In this document: positions 51,884 to 64,000 of the stretch, one piece after another
Numbering within the stretch: position 1 is the first letter of the stretch
Layout of the letters: every line of letters starts with the position of its first letter
Source: an uncultured Fibrobacteria bacterium
Lineage (GTDB): Bacteria; Fibrobacterota; Fibrobacteria; UBA11236
DNA: 64,000 nucleotides
Reading direction: 5' to 3'
Assembly (NCBI GenBank): GCA_963716395.1
Contig: OY970309.1
Location: 2,208,001 to 2,272,000 of the forward strand
Position numbers and translations under genes: made by a program
Notes under the pieces: generated by a model
Database searches by the model: none
What the model was told of the DNA's origin: nothing
The model's input: only the letters and a program-made list of their open reading frames with translations

Positions 51884-53002
51884 CTACTCCCAAGTCAGCG
51901 CCCCGCCGGTTTGATACTCGGTGACCCGGGTCTCGAAAAAGTTCTTCTCCTTTTTCAAATCCAGGATTTCGCTCATCCACGGAAAGGGATTCTGCGCCTG
52001 GTACACCTTGGCCAGCCCGATTTTTTCCAGGCGGCGGTCGGCGACGTAGCGCACATAGTCTTCGAACAGGGCGGCGTTGAGGCCGAGAATGCCGCGCGGC
52101 ATGGTGTCTTGCGCATAGGCGATTTCCAGGCGCACGGCCTCGCGCACCAGTTCCACCGACTTCTCCTTGACCGCGGGCGTCCATAAATCCGGGTTTTCGA
52201 TCTTGATCTGGTTGATGACATCGATGCCGAAATTCATGTGCATGGTTTCGTCGCGCAGGATGTACTGGAATTGCTCGCCGGTGCCCGGCAGCCGGTTCTG
52301 CCGCTGAAAATTCAGCATCATCACGAAGCCGCTGTAGAAAAAAATTCCCTCCATGATCACGTAATAGCCGATGAGGTTTTCGAGAAAAGTCCGGGCGCCG
52401 GCCGGGCTCTGGGTCTCAAAATCGGGGCGCAGCATTTCGCGCGTCAGGGCGATTTCAAAGGCGTCTTTGCCGTGGATGGAGTTCACCTCGTGGTACATGT
52501 TGAACACTTCGCCCTCGTCCAGGGCCAGCGACTCGATCACGTATTGGTAGGCATGGGTGTGCAACGCCTCTTCGAACGCCTGGCGCAGCATGTATTGCCG
52601 GCATTCGGGATTGGTGATGTGGCGGTAGGCGGCCAGCACGATGTTGTTGGCCACCAGTGAATCGGCCGTGGAGAAAAACCCCATATTGCGCTTCACCACG
52701 CGGCGCTCGTCGTCGCTGAGCGCGCCGCTTTTCCACAGCTCGATGTCGCGCGCCATATTGATCTCCTGCGGCATCCAATGGTTGGCGCAGGCGTCGAGGT
52801 ATTTCTGCCAGGCCCATTGGTATTTGATGGGCACCAACTGGTTCAGGTCGGCGCGGCAATTGAGAATGCGTTTGTCGTCTACGGTTACGCGCGCCGTGGA
52901 TTCACCCAGCAGTGATACCAAGGCTTCTGCCGGCGGGGCCACCGGTGGCGGCGCGGTTATGGAATTCGTGACAGCGGTTTCCTCTTCCCAGCTTATTGAC
53001 AT
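51884..53002 (-). CDS. nrdB: Ribonucleotide reductase class I beta subunit
   Basis: Start MSISWEE at 53002 overlapping the nrdA stop; [50 protein letters not shown]. Confidence 0.95.
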   Translation of the reverse strand: MSISWEEETAVTNSITAPPPVAPPAEALVSLLGESTARVTVDDKRILNCRADLNQLVPIKYQWAWQKYLDACANHWMPQEINMARDIELWKSGALSDDERRVVKRNMGFFSTADSLVANNIVLAAYRHITNPECRQYMLRQAFEEALHTHAYQYVIESLALDEGEVFNMYHEVNSIHGKDAFEIALTREMLRPDFETQSPAGARTFLENLIGYYVIMEGIFFYSGFVMMLNFQRQNRLPGTGEQFQYILRDETMHMNFGIDVINQIKIENPDLWTPAVKEKSVELVREAVRLEIAYAQDTMPRGILGLNAALFEDYVRYVADRRLEKIGLAKVYQAQNPFPWMSEILDLKKEKNFFETRVTEYQTGGALTWE

Positions 53003-55908
53003 GCTTCGCACTCCTCTCCGTTGATGGTGGAACAGGCCGCGGCCGCCTTCTTGACTTCGGCCCCGGTTTTTTCGCCCCGCAGGTTTTCCCTCGCGTCTTT
53101 GGCTTCGGCTTCGGACAAAATTGGTGCCGCCGTCGACCCAGAGGACACGGCGTTCAGGCCCTTGGTCTTGTCCAAGGTGGATTTTTCGGCCTGGGTGGCA
53201 CCGAGCGAGCGCAGATAATACGTGGTTTTGAGTCCCGCCTGCCAGGCGGCTTGGTACATGGCGTCGAGCTTTTTGCCGCTGGGTTCGGCCATGTACAGAT
53301 TCAACGATTGCCCCATGTCGATCCATTTTTGCCGCTTGGCGGCGCAGGCGATCAGCCAATGCGGCTCGATGTCGAAGGCGGTGAGAAAACGGCGGCGCAG
53401 GTCGGCGGGAATGCGGCCGATTTCGGTCAGTTCGCCGTCGAAATACTTGAGATCGTCCACCATGGTTTTGTCCCACAGACCGAGGCGCTTCAAAGCGTCG
53501 ACCAGGTAGGTATTGATCACCGTGAATTCGCCGGACAAATTGCTTTTCACGTACAGGTTCTTGTACGCGGGCTCGATGCTTTGGCTGACGCCGATGATGT
53601 TGGAAATGGTGGCCGTGGGCGCGATGGCCAGGCAATTGCTGTTGCGCATGCCGAAGGCCCGGATCTGCGCGCGCACGGGCCCCCAATCGAGCCGGCATTG
53701 CGTATCCATGCGCACGGGCGAACCGCGCTCGGCCTCCAGGAGCGGCACCGTGTCGAGGGGCAAGAGCCCGTGCGACCAGGACGAGCCCTCGTAGCTGGGG
53801 TAACACCCGCGTTCCTGCGCCAGTTTGGACGAGGCCAGAATGGCGTAATAGGAAATCATTTCCATGGAGGCGTCGGCGAAGTCCACGGCCTCTTGCGCAG
53901 CGTAAGAAAGGCCCAACGCGTAAAGGGCGTCTTGAAAACCCATGAGGCCCAAGCCCACGGGACGGTGGCGCAGGTTGGCGTTTTTGGCCTGCGGTACGGG
54001 ATAGAAATTGAGATCAATGACATTGTCGAGCATGCGCATGGCGGTGGTCACGGTTTGCTCCAGCAGGCCCGCGTCCAGCTTGCTGTCGCGCACATGGGCC
54101 GCGAGGTTGAGCGAACCCAGATTGCACACCGCGATTTCCTCGGCACTGGTGTTGAGCAGAATTTCGGTGCACAGGTTGGAACTGTGCACCACGCCGGCAT
54201 GGCGTTGCGGCGAGCGCACGTTGGACGGGTCTTTGAACGCGATCCAGGGATGGCCGGTTTCGTACAACATGGTCAGCATTTTCCGCCATAGCCCGACGGC
54301 CGACACGGTTTTGAACGTGTGCAGGCGCCCTTGCCGCGCTTCGTTTTCGTAATGACGGTAGCGGTCGGCGAAAGCCTGGCCGTAGAGATCGTGCAGATCC
54401 GCCACCTCGTTGGGGCTGAACAAGGTCCACGGCCCGTCTGCGCGCACGCGCTGCATGAACAAATCCGGAATCCAATGGGCCGTATTCATGTCATGCGTGC
54501 GGCGGCGATCGTCGCCCGTGTTCTTGCGCAATTCCAAGAACTCTTCCAGGTCGAGATGCCAGGTTTCGAGATAGGCGCACACGGCGCCTTTGCGCCGGCC
54601 GCCCTGGTTGACGGCCACGGCCGTGTCATTGGCCACTTTGAGAAAAGGAATGACGCCCTGGCTTTTTCCGTTCGTGCCTTGGATATGCGTGCCGAGCGCG
54701 CGCACCCGGGTCCAGTCGTTGCCGAGCCCGCCCGCGAACTTCGACAGCAGGGCGTTGTCGCGCACCGCGCTGAAGATGCCGTGCAAATCATCGGGCACCG
54801 TGGTCAGATAGCACGACGACATTTGCGCATGGCGGGTGCCCGCGTTGAACAAGGTAGGGGTGGAACTGGTGAAGCGGAACGACGACAAGGTTTCGTAAAA
54901 CTCGATGGCCCGACCTTCGCGATCACTTTCCTGCAAGGCCAAACCCATGGCCACGCGCATCCAGAAGGCTTGCGGCAATTCGATGCGGCGGCCCTCGGGC
55001 AAAGGCACGAAATAGCGATCGTACAGGGTGCGCAGGCCGAGGTAGGCGATGTTCCCGTCGCGCTCCGGTTTCAGGGCCGCGCCCAGCCGGGGCAAATCGA
55101 ATTCGAGCAGGCGCGCGTCGAGCAATTCGTGGTGCACGGCCAGCCGGACATAAGCGCCGAAAGCGTCGGCATAAAGCTCCGACATTTCCGCGGCCGTGAC
55201 GCGCCGGCCCAGGGCTTCTTCGCGCAGGTCGTCGAGCAGCAAACGCGCCGACACCAGGTTCCAGGCCGGATCTTCTTCGATATGCGCGCACGCCACCATG
55301 ACCAGGGCCTTGGAGACGTCTTGTTCGGGAACGGCGGGAAACAAATTGGCCAGGGTTTCTTGGAGCAGGCGATCGGCCGAAACCTCGCTTGCAAAACCGG
55401 CGCAGGCTTCGGCGATGATTTTCCGCAGCCTTTCCTGATCCAGCGGAACCACGCGCCCGTCGGCCGCGGTGACCGTATATTCGGCAGCCGCAGGCGCGGG
55501 AGGAATTTGGGTTGCGGCCGTGGCGCGCTGCGCGCGCAGGCGGGCGCGCTCTTCGCGGTACAGCACGTAGCGCTTGGCCACTTCGGGCCGACCCACGCGC
55601 ATCAAGGCCAATTCCACCTGATCCTGAATGTCTTCCAGGTGAAACGTGCCGCCCTGCGGCCGGCGCTTTTCCAAAGCGGCGAAAACCCGATCGGCGATGA
55701 CGTCGGCTTCTTCGCGCAGGCGTGCATGGGGTTCGGGCAAACCCGCCTGGGCCAGAAAAGCCTTGGTAATGGCGCGCACGATTTTTTCGCCTTTGAATTT
55801 GACGACGCTGCCGTCGCGCCGCTCCACCTGGTAGCGGCCGGGATCCAGGCCCGGCGGGACGCCGGGGGCTAAGGGAGTCGCGTCTTGCGTGGTCGGGGTG
55901 GTGTTCAT
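52993..55908 (-). CDS. nrdA: Ribonucleotide reductase class I alpha subunit with two ATP-cone-like domains
   Basis: VERRDGS and VTAADGR cones; [45 protein letters not shown]-terminal CEACQ. Confidence 0.96.
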   Translation of the reverse strand: MNTTPTTQDATPLAPGVPPGLDPGRYQVERRDGSVVKFKGEKIVRAITKAFLAQAGLPEPHARLREEADVIADRVFAALEKRRPQGGTFHLEDIQDQVELALMRVGRPEVAKRYVLYREERARLRAQRATAATQIPPAPAAAEYTVTAADGRVVPLDQERLRKIIAEACAGFASEVSADRLLQETLANLFPAVPEQDVSKALVMVACAHIEEDPAWNLVSARLLLDDLREEALGRRVTAAEMSELYADAFGAYVRLAVHHELLDARLLEFDLPRLGAALKPERDGNIAYLGLRTLYDRYFVPLPEGRRIELPQAFWMRVAMGLALQESDREGRAIEFYETLSSFRFTSSTPTLFNAGTRHAQMSSCYLTTVPDDLHGIFSAVRDNALLSKFAGGLGNDWTRVRALGTHIQGTNGKSQGVIPFLKVANDTAVAVNQGGRRKGAVCAYLETWHLDLEEFLELRKNTGDDRRRTHDMNTAHWIPDLFMQRVRADGPWTLFSPNEVADLHDLYGQAFADRYRHYENEARQGRLHTFKTVSAVGLWRKMLTMLYETGHPWIAFKDPSNVRSPQRHAGVVHSSNLCTEILLNTSAEEIAVCNLGSLNLAAHVRDSKLDAGLLEQTVTTAMRMLDNVIDLNFYPVPQAKNANLRHRPVGLGLMGFQDALYALGLSYAAQEAVDFADASMEMISYYAILASSKLAQERGCYPSYEGSSWSHGLLPLDTVPLLEAERGSPVRMDTQCRLDWGPVRAQIRAFGMRNSNCLAIAPTATISNIIGVSQSIEPAYKNLYVKSNLSGEFTVINTYLVDALKRLGLWDKTMVDDLKYFDGELTEIGRIPADLRRRFLTAFDIEPHWLIACAAKRQKWIDMGQSLNLYMAEPSGKKLDAMYQAAWQAGLKTTYYLRSLGATQAEKSTLDKTKGLNAVSSGSTAAPILSEAEAKDARENLRGEKTGAEVKKAAAACSTINGEECEACQ

Positions 55909-55939
55909 GGGATCTCCTGGTGTTTCGGGGTGGGGGGCA

Positions 55940-58246
55940 TCAAACCGGTTGTTCCGCGCGCAAGGCGCGCGCCGTGGCCACGAGGTTTTCCAGCGCCGGC
56001 AAGGTTTCGGCCCAGGTACGGGTTTTGAGTCCGCAGTCGGGGTTCACCCACAGGCGTTCCTTGGCGATGACTTGCGCGGCGGCGCGCAGCAGGTCGGTCA
56101 TCTCGGCGACGCCGGGCGTGCGCGGGGCATGAATGTCCCAGACGCCCGGGCCGACTCCGGCCGGATAATGGGCGCCAGCGAAGTCGCGCAACAGCTCCAT
56201 GCGGCTGCGCGCGGTTTCGATGGAAATGACATCGGCATCCAGCGCGGCGATGGAGGGCAGGATGTCGCCGAATTCGGAATAGCACATGTGGGTGTGGATG
56301 GAGGTGGCGTCGGCCGCGGCTCCGGCCGCGAGCCGGAAGGCGCGCACCGCGAAGTCGAGATAGGCGGCCCAGGCCCGGCGGCGCAACGGCAGCCCTTCCC
56401 GGAAAGCCGGCTCGTCCATTTGAATCACGGCGATGCCAGCTTGTTCCAAATCGGCAATTTCGGCGCGCAAGGCCCAGCCGATTTGCCAGGCCGTGTCGCG
56501 GCGCGGTTGATCTTCACGCACAAAGCTCCATTGCAAAATGGTCACGGGACCAGTGAGCATGCCCTTCATCGGCCGGGAGGTGAGCGACTGCGCGAAGGCG
56601 CTCCAGCGTAAGGTCATGGGCGCCCGGCGCTCCACGTCGCCGTAAAGCAACGGAGGCTTGACGCAGCGCGAACCGTAGCTTTGCACCCAGCCGTGGCGCG
56701 TGAAGGCGAAGCCCGCCAGTTGTTCGCCGAAATACTCCACCATGTCGTTGCGCTCGGCTTCGCCGTGCACCAATACATCCAATCCGAGCTTTTCCTGCAG
56801 GGCCACGGCTGCGCGAATCAGGTTTTCCAATTCCCGTTCGTATTGCTCCGTGGTCAGCGCGCCTTTTTTCCAGCGGGCGCGCAGACCGCGCACCTGGTCG
56901 GTTTGGGGGAAGGAACCAATGGTGGTGGTGGGCAGAAGCGGCAAGCGCAGTTTTTCGCGCTGGATTTTTTCGCGCACGGCATACGCGCTGCGCCGTTCGA
57001 AGTGGGTTCCGGTCAGCGCCCCCAGTTGCCGACGCACTTCGGGCCGAAGGCGCCGGGCATCGCTTAAAAAGTTTTGCCGATCCGCCTCGGTTTTTTCCAG
57101 AGCTGCTTGGGCCGTTGCGTCGCCGCTCCAGGCGGCGCTCAAGTTCGCCAGTTCTTCCAGCTTTTCGTCGGCAAAGGCCAAAGCGCCTTGCAGCACCGGG
57201 TCCAACGCGGTTTCCGGTTGCAAAGAAAGCGGGACGTGCAGCAGCGAGCACGAAGGCGCAAGCCACAGGCGATCCCCGAGGGCGTTTTCGGCCTTGCCTA
57301 TCGTCTCCAGCGCCCGGGCCGAATCGGTGCGCCACACGTTGCGGCCGTTGACGATCCCCAGCGAAAGCGTTTTGTCGGCGGGAAATTCGGCCAGCAGGGC
57401 GTCGAGTTCTTCGGCCCCGCGCACGGCGTCGAAATGCAGACCCTGCACCGGAGCGGCCAGGGCCAGCGGCCGGTTCTCTTCCCAGGTTCCGAAATACGCG
57501 GCCACCATGAGCTTCAATCCGGGTGCGGCTTGGGACAGGACGCGATAGCTCCGGGTAAAAGCTGCGCGGGCGTCCGCGGCCAGGTCGAGGCATAGTGCCG
57601 GTTCGTCACAGCGCACCCAAGTGGCGCCGAGGCGATGCAACTCCTGCAAGACCTTGGCATACACCGTCAGCATGCCGTCCAATAATTCGAAGCGGTTCCA
57701 GCGGCCCGACCCGGCTGCGGTTTTCCCCAGTAACAGCAAGGTAACGGGACCGAGCAGAACCGGAATGGTTTCGACGCCCAGCGCCTTGGCTTCGCGGTAT
57801 TCGGCCATGGGCTTATCGGAACCCAATGCGAAACGCATTCCCGGCCGCCACTCCGGCACCAGGTAGTGGTAATTGGTGTCGAACCATTTGGTCATTTCCA
57901 GCGGCGGAACGGCGGGCAGATTCCCCAGCGCCGTACCGCGCGCCATGCGAAACAGAAGGTCCAGGTTTACGGCGGCGCCGTTCCCGCCGAAGCGCTCCGG
58001 TACCGCGCCCAGCAGGGCCAGGGCGTCGAGGACATGATCGTAGACGCTGAAATCGTTGCTGGGAACATGGGTGACGCCCAGGTTACGCTGGCGCAGCCAG
58101 CGTTCGCGGCGCAGACCGGACAGGGCGCCGTGATAAGCCTCCGGCTCCAGGGCGCCTTTCCAAAAGCGTTCGGTGAGGGTTTTGAGTTCCCGGTTCTTTC
58201 CGATGCGCGGATAGCCCAGGCTGTGGACGGGTAAAACGTGCGGCAT
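55940..58246 (-). CDS. metE: Cobalamin-independent methionine synthase
   Basis: LGYPRIG, MTKWFDTNYHY, PTTTIGSFPQT, HGEAERNDMVEYF, HTHMCYSEF, NPDCGLKTR. Confidence 0.97.
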   Translation of the reverse strand: MPHVLPVHSLGYPRIGKNRELKTLTERFWKGALEPEAYHGALSGLRRERWLRQRNLGVTHVPSNDFSVYDHVLDALALLGAVPERFGGNGAAVNLDLLFRMARGTALGNLPAVPPLEMTKWFDTNYHYLVPEWRPGMRFALGSDKPMAEYREAKALGVETIPVLLGPVTLLLLGKTAAGSGRWNRFELLDGMLTVYAKVLQELHRLGATWVRCDEPALCLDLAADARAAFTRSYRVLSQAAPGLKLMVAAYFGTWEENRPLALAAPVQGLHFDAVRGAEELDALLAEFPADKTLSLGIVNGRNVWRTDSARALETIGKAENALGDRLWLAPSCSLLHVPLSLQPETALDPVLQGALAFADEKLEELANLSAAWSGDATAQAALEKTEADRQNFLSDARRLRPEVRRQLGALTGTHFERRSAYAVREKIQREKLRLPLLPTTTIGSFPQTDQVRGLRARWKKGALTTEQYERELENLIRAAVALQEKLGLDVLVHGEAERNDMVEYFGEQLAGFAFTRHGWVQSYGSRCVKPPLLYGDVERRAPMTLRWSAFAQSLTSRPMKGMLTGPVTILQWSFVREDQPRRDTAWQIGWALRAEIADLEQAGIAVIQMDEPAFREGLPLRRRAWAAYLDFAVRAFRLAAGAAADATSIHTHMCYSEFGDILPSIAALDADVISIETARSRMELLRDFAGAHYPAGVGPGVWDIHAPRTPGVAEMTDLLRAAAQVIAKERLWVNPDCGLKTRTWAETLPALENLVATARALRAEQPV

Positions 58247-58379
58247 GCGGCCTTTCTTCGCGGGTGTTCGCCGCGAGCGGTGGCTGCCTGGGAATAGGGA
58301 GACGGGAAATAGCCGCGAAGCGCAGGGCGCGCGACGCCGAACCCATCTGCCCTTGGATCCGCAAGGCAGAATGTGAACC

Positions 58380-58580
58380 TGTAGGTGAGTCTTCTGGCTC
58401 GCGGTGGAAGCGCTTCTTGAAAGAAACGCTTCGGGTGCTCCGGCCTTCCCATCCTTGCGGACAGTGGCCTGCGCTTCGGAAAGCGCGCTGGAGGCCCTAA
58501 CCGCTTACAGCGACGAACTCGCTCCCGGTTTTCACGGGATTCCTCGTTATGCCCCCGCCTGAGGCGGGGACTCCCTGCAA
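58380..58580 (-). ncRNA. Cobalamin riboswitch
   Basis: Minus strand: ATAACGAGGAATCCCGTGAAAACCGGGAGC...CGCTGTAA...GCCACTG...GGGAAGGC...GAGCCAGAAGACT (B12 box), in the metE leader. Confidence 0.9.
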
Positions 58581-58718
58581 GCAAGTGGGAAACTATTAAC
58601 CGCGATCAAAAAATTGCGAAGGATTTTCGGGAATTTTTTATTTCGATGCAAATCATAATGTTACCCGTGATCCGGGATTCGCGTGTAACCGGGTGCACCC
58701 GCAAAAATCCTCGGTCTT

Positions 58719-59252
58719 TTGGTTTACCTGTTTTACTTCTCGGTTCTTTGGTCCCTACGCCCGCTAACCTTTTTAAGGTCTAAAAAATTGGCCCGTGAAT
58801 ACCAGGCGCTTGATCCCGAATGCAAGCTTCCCACAATGATCGAATCCAAGGGGAAAAAAGCGCGGTCTCGGAATTCAATGTTTACGGCCAGCTGGATTTT
58901 TAGCCTTCTCTTGTTAACAATCAACCCCGGAGCCTTTGTTTTTATTGGGGCGATGTTGAATAACGGTATCGCGTTGGGTCTACCTTTCCTTATCTTACTT
59001 ATCGGCGACCTCATTTATTATTTCCGCTTGAGAAATTTCTCTTCGCATGCGGCGTATCTACGGTATGTCAAATCGATGCAACAGAAAATTCAAGACCAGA
59101 TAAAGCACGGTTATGTCAAAGAGAATTCTTCAGGTACTTACGAATACACACCCTCCTATTATACAAGCGGTGGGAGCAGTGGTGGAGGCGGCGGCAGCAG
59201 CAGTTCCGGCGGAGGCAGTTCGGGTGGCGGAGGCTCCAGTTCAAGTTGGTAA
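58719..59252 (+). CDS. Hypothetical membrane protein with Gly/Ser-rich tail (start uncertain)
   Basis: Hydrophobic segments and terminal GGGSSGGGGSSSSW, like TPM-domain protein tails; AT-rich; no clear ATG/RBS. Confidence 0.5.
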   Translation: MVYLFYFSVLWSLRPLTFLRSKKLAREYQALDPECKLPTMIESKGKKARSRNSMFTASWIFSLLLLTINPGAFVFIGAMLNNGIALGLPFLILLIGDLIYYFRLRNFSSHAAYLRYVKSMQQKIQDQIKHGYVKENSSGTYEYTPSYYTSGGSSGGGGGSSSSGGGSSGGGGSSSSW

Positions 59253-59291
59253 GAAAAACCAAATCGTGACGTAAAATCTTCGTCGCGACCT

Positions 59292-59564
59292 TCACCCGGT
59301 CCCAAACCGCTTCCGCGATGTCTCCAGCATTTTCAACCGAACCTCTTCGCGATTCAACGGAGGGGTGTACGTCACCAAGGCGTTAACCAAGGTCCGTGCG
59401 GCCTCGCGCACCTGTTCCACCGCCAAGTTGAAAACAGCTTCGTTGGCTTTGGAGGGACGGTTGAAACCGCTGATCTTACGTACGAACTGAAGTGCGGAAG
59501 CTTCGATCTCCGCGTCCGTGGCCGGAGGTTCGAAGTTGAACAAGGTTTTGATATTTCGACACAT
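59292..59564 (-). CDS. DUF2277 family protein
   Basis: MCRNIKTLFNFEPPATDAEIEASALQFVRKISGF signature; GGAG RBS. Confidence 0.88.
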   Translation of the reverse strand: MCRNIKTLFNFEPPATDAEIEASALQFVRKISGFNRPSKANEAVFNLAVEQVREAARTLVNALVTYTPPLNREEVRLKMLETSRKRFGTG

Positions 59565-59713
59565 GGCAATCTCCGAGAGTGAGAGTCACCCAGAACCTAT
59601 CTCATGAATCCTGCGTCGGTCAAAGTCAGTCGTTCGCCGTTGGCGGGCCATGTGTGAAGATCGGGTCGACCGGCTTCGCGCCGAACGGTGCTTGGGCGCG
59701 GCCCCGGTCCATT

Positions 59714-62101
<2,388 letters not shown>

Positions 62102-62102
62102 T

Positions 62103-64000
62103 TTAGGCCGCTTCTTTATTTGATAAAATACACCCGGGGCTTAAGTATGTTCCCGCACATTTTTTTCTCATTTCCCTCCCGCGCCAGAGATAGTAGATCA
62201 CCGGATAGATCGCCAGTTCCATCAGCACCGAAGTGAACACGCCGCCCACCATGGGCGCCGCGATGCGCTTCATCACGTCGGAACCGGTGCCGTGGCTCCA
62301 CATGATGGGAATGAGCCCGGCCAGAATGACCGATGCGGTCATGATTTTCGGCCGCACTCTTTGCACCGCTCCTTGGTCAATGGCGTTTTTCAATTGCCGC
62401 AAATCGGTCATCCGCCCCATGCTTTTGGCCGCCGCATAAGCCCGGTCGAGATAAAGCAGCATCACCACTCCGGTTTCGGCATCCAGTCCTCCCAAGGCGA
62501 TCAGCCCCACCCACACCGCGATGCTCATATTGAATCCGAGCAAATACAGGTACCAGACGGCGCCCACCAAAGAAAACGGCACCGCCAGCAGGATGATGAA
62601 CGTTTTGATCAGGGATTTCGTGTTGATGAAAAGCAGGATGAAAATGAGGAACAGGGTCATGGGAACGACCAACATCAGGCGTTTCTGCGCCCGCTGCATG
62701 AATTCGTATTCCCCGCTCCAAACCAGGTTGTATCCGGTGGGCAAGGTCAGGTTTTGCGTGATCACCTTCTGGGCTTGTTGGATATAGCCGCCGATATCGA
62801 TGCCGCGCATGTCCACGAACACCCAGGCATTGGGGCGAGTGCCTTCGGTGCGAATCACCATGGGGCCGCGCGCAGGAACGAGGTCAGCCACTTGCCCCAA
62901 AGGAATTTGCTGACCCGAAGGCGTGGGAATGAGCACGCGCCGCAAGTCTTCCAGATTGTCGCGCAGCTCGCGGCTGTAGCGCAGGCTGACGGGGTACCGT
63001 TCCAACCCTTCTACCGTCGTGGTAAGGCGCATGCCGCCCAAAGCCGTTTGGATCACGTTTTGAATGTCCTCCACGCTCAAACCATATCGCGCGGCTTCCT
63101 GCCGGTTGATGTTCACGTCCAAGTAATTCCCGCCCATCGCCCGTTCCGCAAAAGCGGAAGTGGTGTGCGGCACCTTCCGCATCAACGCTTCGACTTCCAA
63201 TCCGATTTTTTGCAGCGTGTCCAGATTCGGTCCGGAAATTTTGATGCCCACCGGAGTTTTGATGCCCGTGCTCAGCATATCGGTGCGGGCTTTGATGGGC
63301 ATGGTCCAGGAGTTGGTGAGTCCGGGAAATTTCAAGGCCGCGTCCATCGCCTCGATCAATTTTTCCACGGTCATGCCGCGCGGCCAGGTTTTTTCGGGCT
63401 GGAGGCGGATAACGGTCTCCAGCATGTCGAGGCCCGCGGGATCGGTGGCGGTTTCGGCCCGGCCCGCTTTGCCGAAAACCTCCGCCACCTCCGGAAAAGA
63501 CCGGATGATTTTATCCGTTTCCTGGAGTATTTCCCGCGACTTCGTCACCGAAACACCCGGAAGGGTGGTGGGCATGTAAAGCAAATCGCCTTCGAACAAG
63601 GGCGGCATGAATTCCGAGCCCAGCTTTTTAAAAGGAAGAATCGTGATCAGCATCAGCAGGACGGCCAGACCGAGGGTGGTTTTGGGAAAGTTCAGAACCA
63701 AACCGACGATCGGGTGGTAAATGCGGATCAAAAACCGGTTGATGGGATTGCGTTTTTCCGGCAGGATTTTTCCCCGGATGAAATAACCCATCAAAATCGG
63801 GACGATGGTCACAGCGAGCAGGGCCGACGCGGCCATCGAGTAAGTCTTGGTGAAGGCCAGCGGCCGGAACAGCCGGCCTTCCTGCGCCTCCAAGGAGAAC
63901 ACCGGGATGAAAGAAACCGTGATCACGAGCAAAGACCAGAACAGCGCGGGCCCCACTTCCTTCGATGCATCCAGAATTATCGCCCAATGCTCTTTTCGCT
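62103..64000 (-). CDS. cusA: CusA/CzcA heavy-metal efflux RND permease (5' part outside window)
   Basis: [74 protein letters not shown]. Confidence 0.94.
   Translation of the reverse strand, partial: RKEHWAIILDASKEVGPALFWSLLVITVSFIPVFSLEAQEGRLFRPLAFTKTYSMAASALLAVTIVPILMGYFIRGKILPEKRNPINRFLIRIYHPIVGLVLNFPKTTLGLAVLLMLITILPFKKLGSEFMPPLFEGDLLYMPTTLPGVSVTKSREILQETDKIIRSFPEVAEVFGKAGRAETATDPAGLDMLETVIRLQPEKTWPRGMTVEKLIEAMDAALKFPGLTNSWTMPIKARTDMLSTGIKTPVGIKISGPNLDTLQKIGLEVEALMRKVPHTTSAFAERAMGGNYLDVNINRQEAARYGLSVEDIQNVIQTALGGMRLTTTVEGLERYPVSLRYSRELRDNLEDLRRVLIPTPSGQQIPLGQVADLVPARGPMVIRTEGTRPNAWVFVDMRGIDIGGYIQQAQKVITQNLTLPTGYNLVWSGEYEFMQRAQKRLMLVVPMTLFLIFILLFINTKSLIKTFIILLAVPFSLVGAVWYLYLLGFNMSIAVWVGLIALGGLDAETGVVMLLYLDRAYAAAKSMGRMTDLRQLKNAIDQGAVQRVRPKIMTASVILAGLIPIMWSHGTGSDVMKRIAAPMVGGVFTSVLMELAIYPVIYYLWRGREMRKKCAGTYLSPGCILSNKEAA

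Noticed and set aside
52540-52680. Class Ic (Mn/Fe, Tyr-less) NrdB
   Set aside because: The first ligand is Asp (STADS) and the radical Tyr (HTHAY) is present.
53003-53806. N-terminal extension of NrdB in the 640-aa ORF
   Set aside because: It overlaps nrdA in another frame and is low-complexity; the real start is ATG 53002.

Overview
A 64 kb bacterial genomic window, most likely Fibrobacterota or a related FCB lineage. This is inferred from GH8/CBM/T9SS-type secreted proteins and a Fibrobacter-type LexA box. (1) 1-12.8 kb: secreted polysaccharide-related proteins and an ECF sigma/FecR-PEGA-TPR module. (2) 12.8-17.1 kb: a dnaE2-imuB mutagenesis cassette with no imuA. (3) ~17.2-42.1 kb: a defence island ending at the 3' end of tRNA-Pro(GGG). 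It holds XRE-HipA, AbiE, hsdR and recombinase remnants, a type I R-M operon, a YhaO/YhaN (Mre11/Rad50-like) pair and an IS21 element. Between hsdM and hsdR lie a HEPN toxin, an MNT antitoxin fused in frame to HsdS, an IetAS-like AAA/S8 pair and a Schlafen(AlbA_2)-HATPase gene. (4) 42-64 kb: mostly housekeeping and metal genes (PPi-PFK, mgtE, thyA-folA, ars operon, tRNA-Leu, cobalamin-riboswitch-led metE-nrdA-nrdB, copA, partial cusA). The two best leads are the HEPN / MNT-HsdS 'guarded' R-M system and an unannotated 57-aa, 14-Cys metallothionein-like ORF inside the ars operon. Several genes carry small frameshifts that are probably sequencing errors. All family assignments come from motif recognition by eye; no database searches were run.
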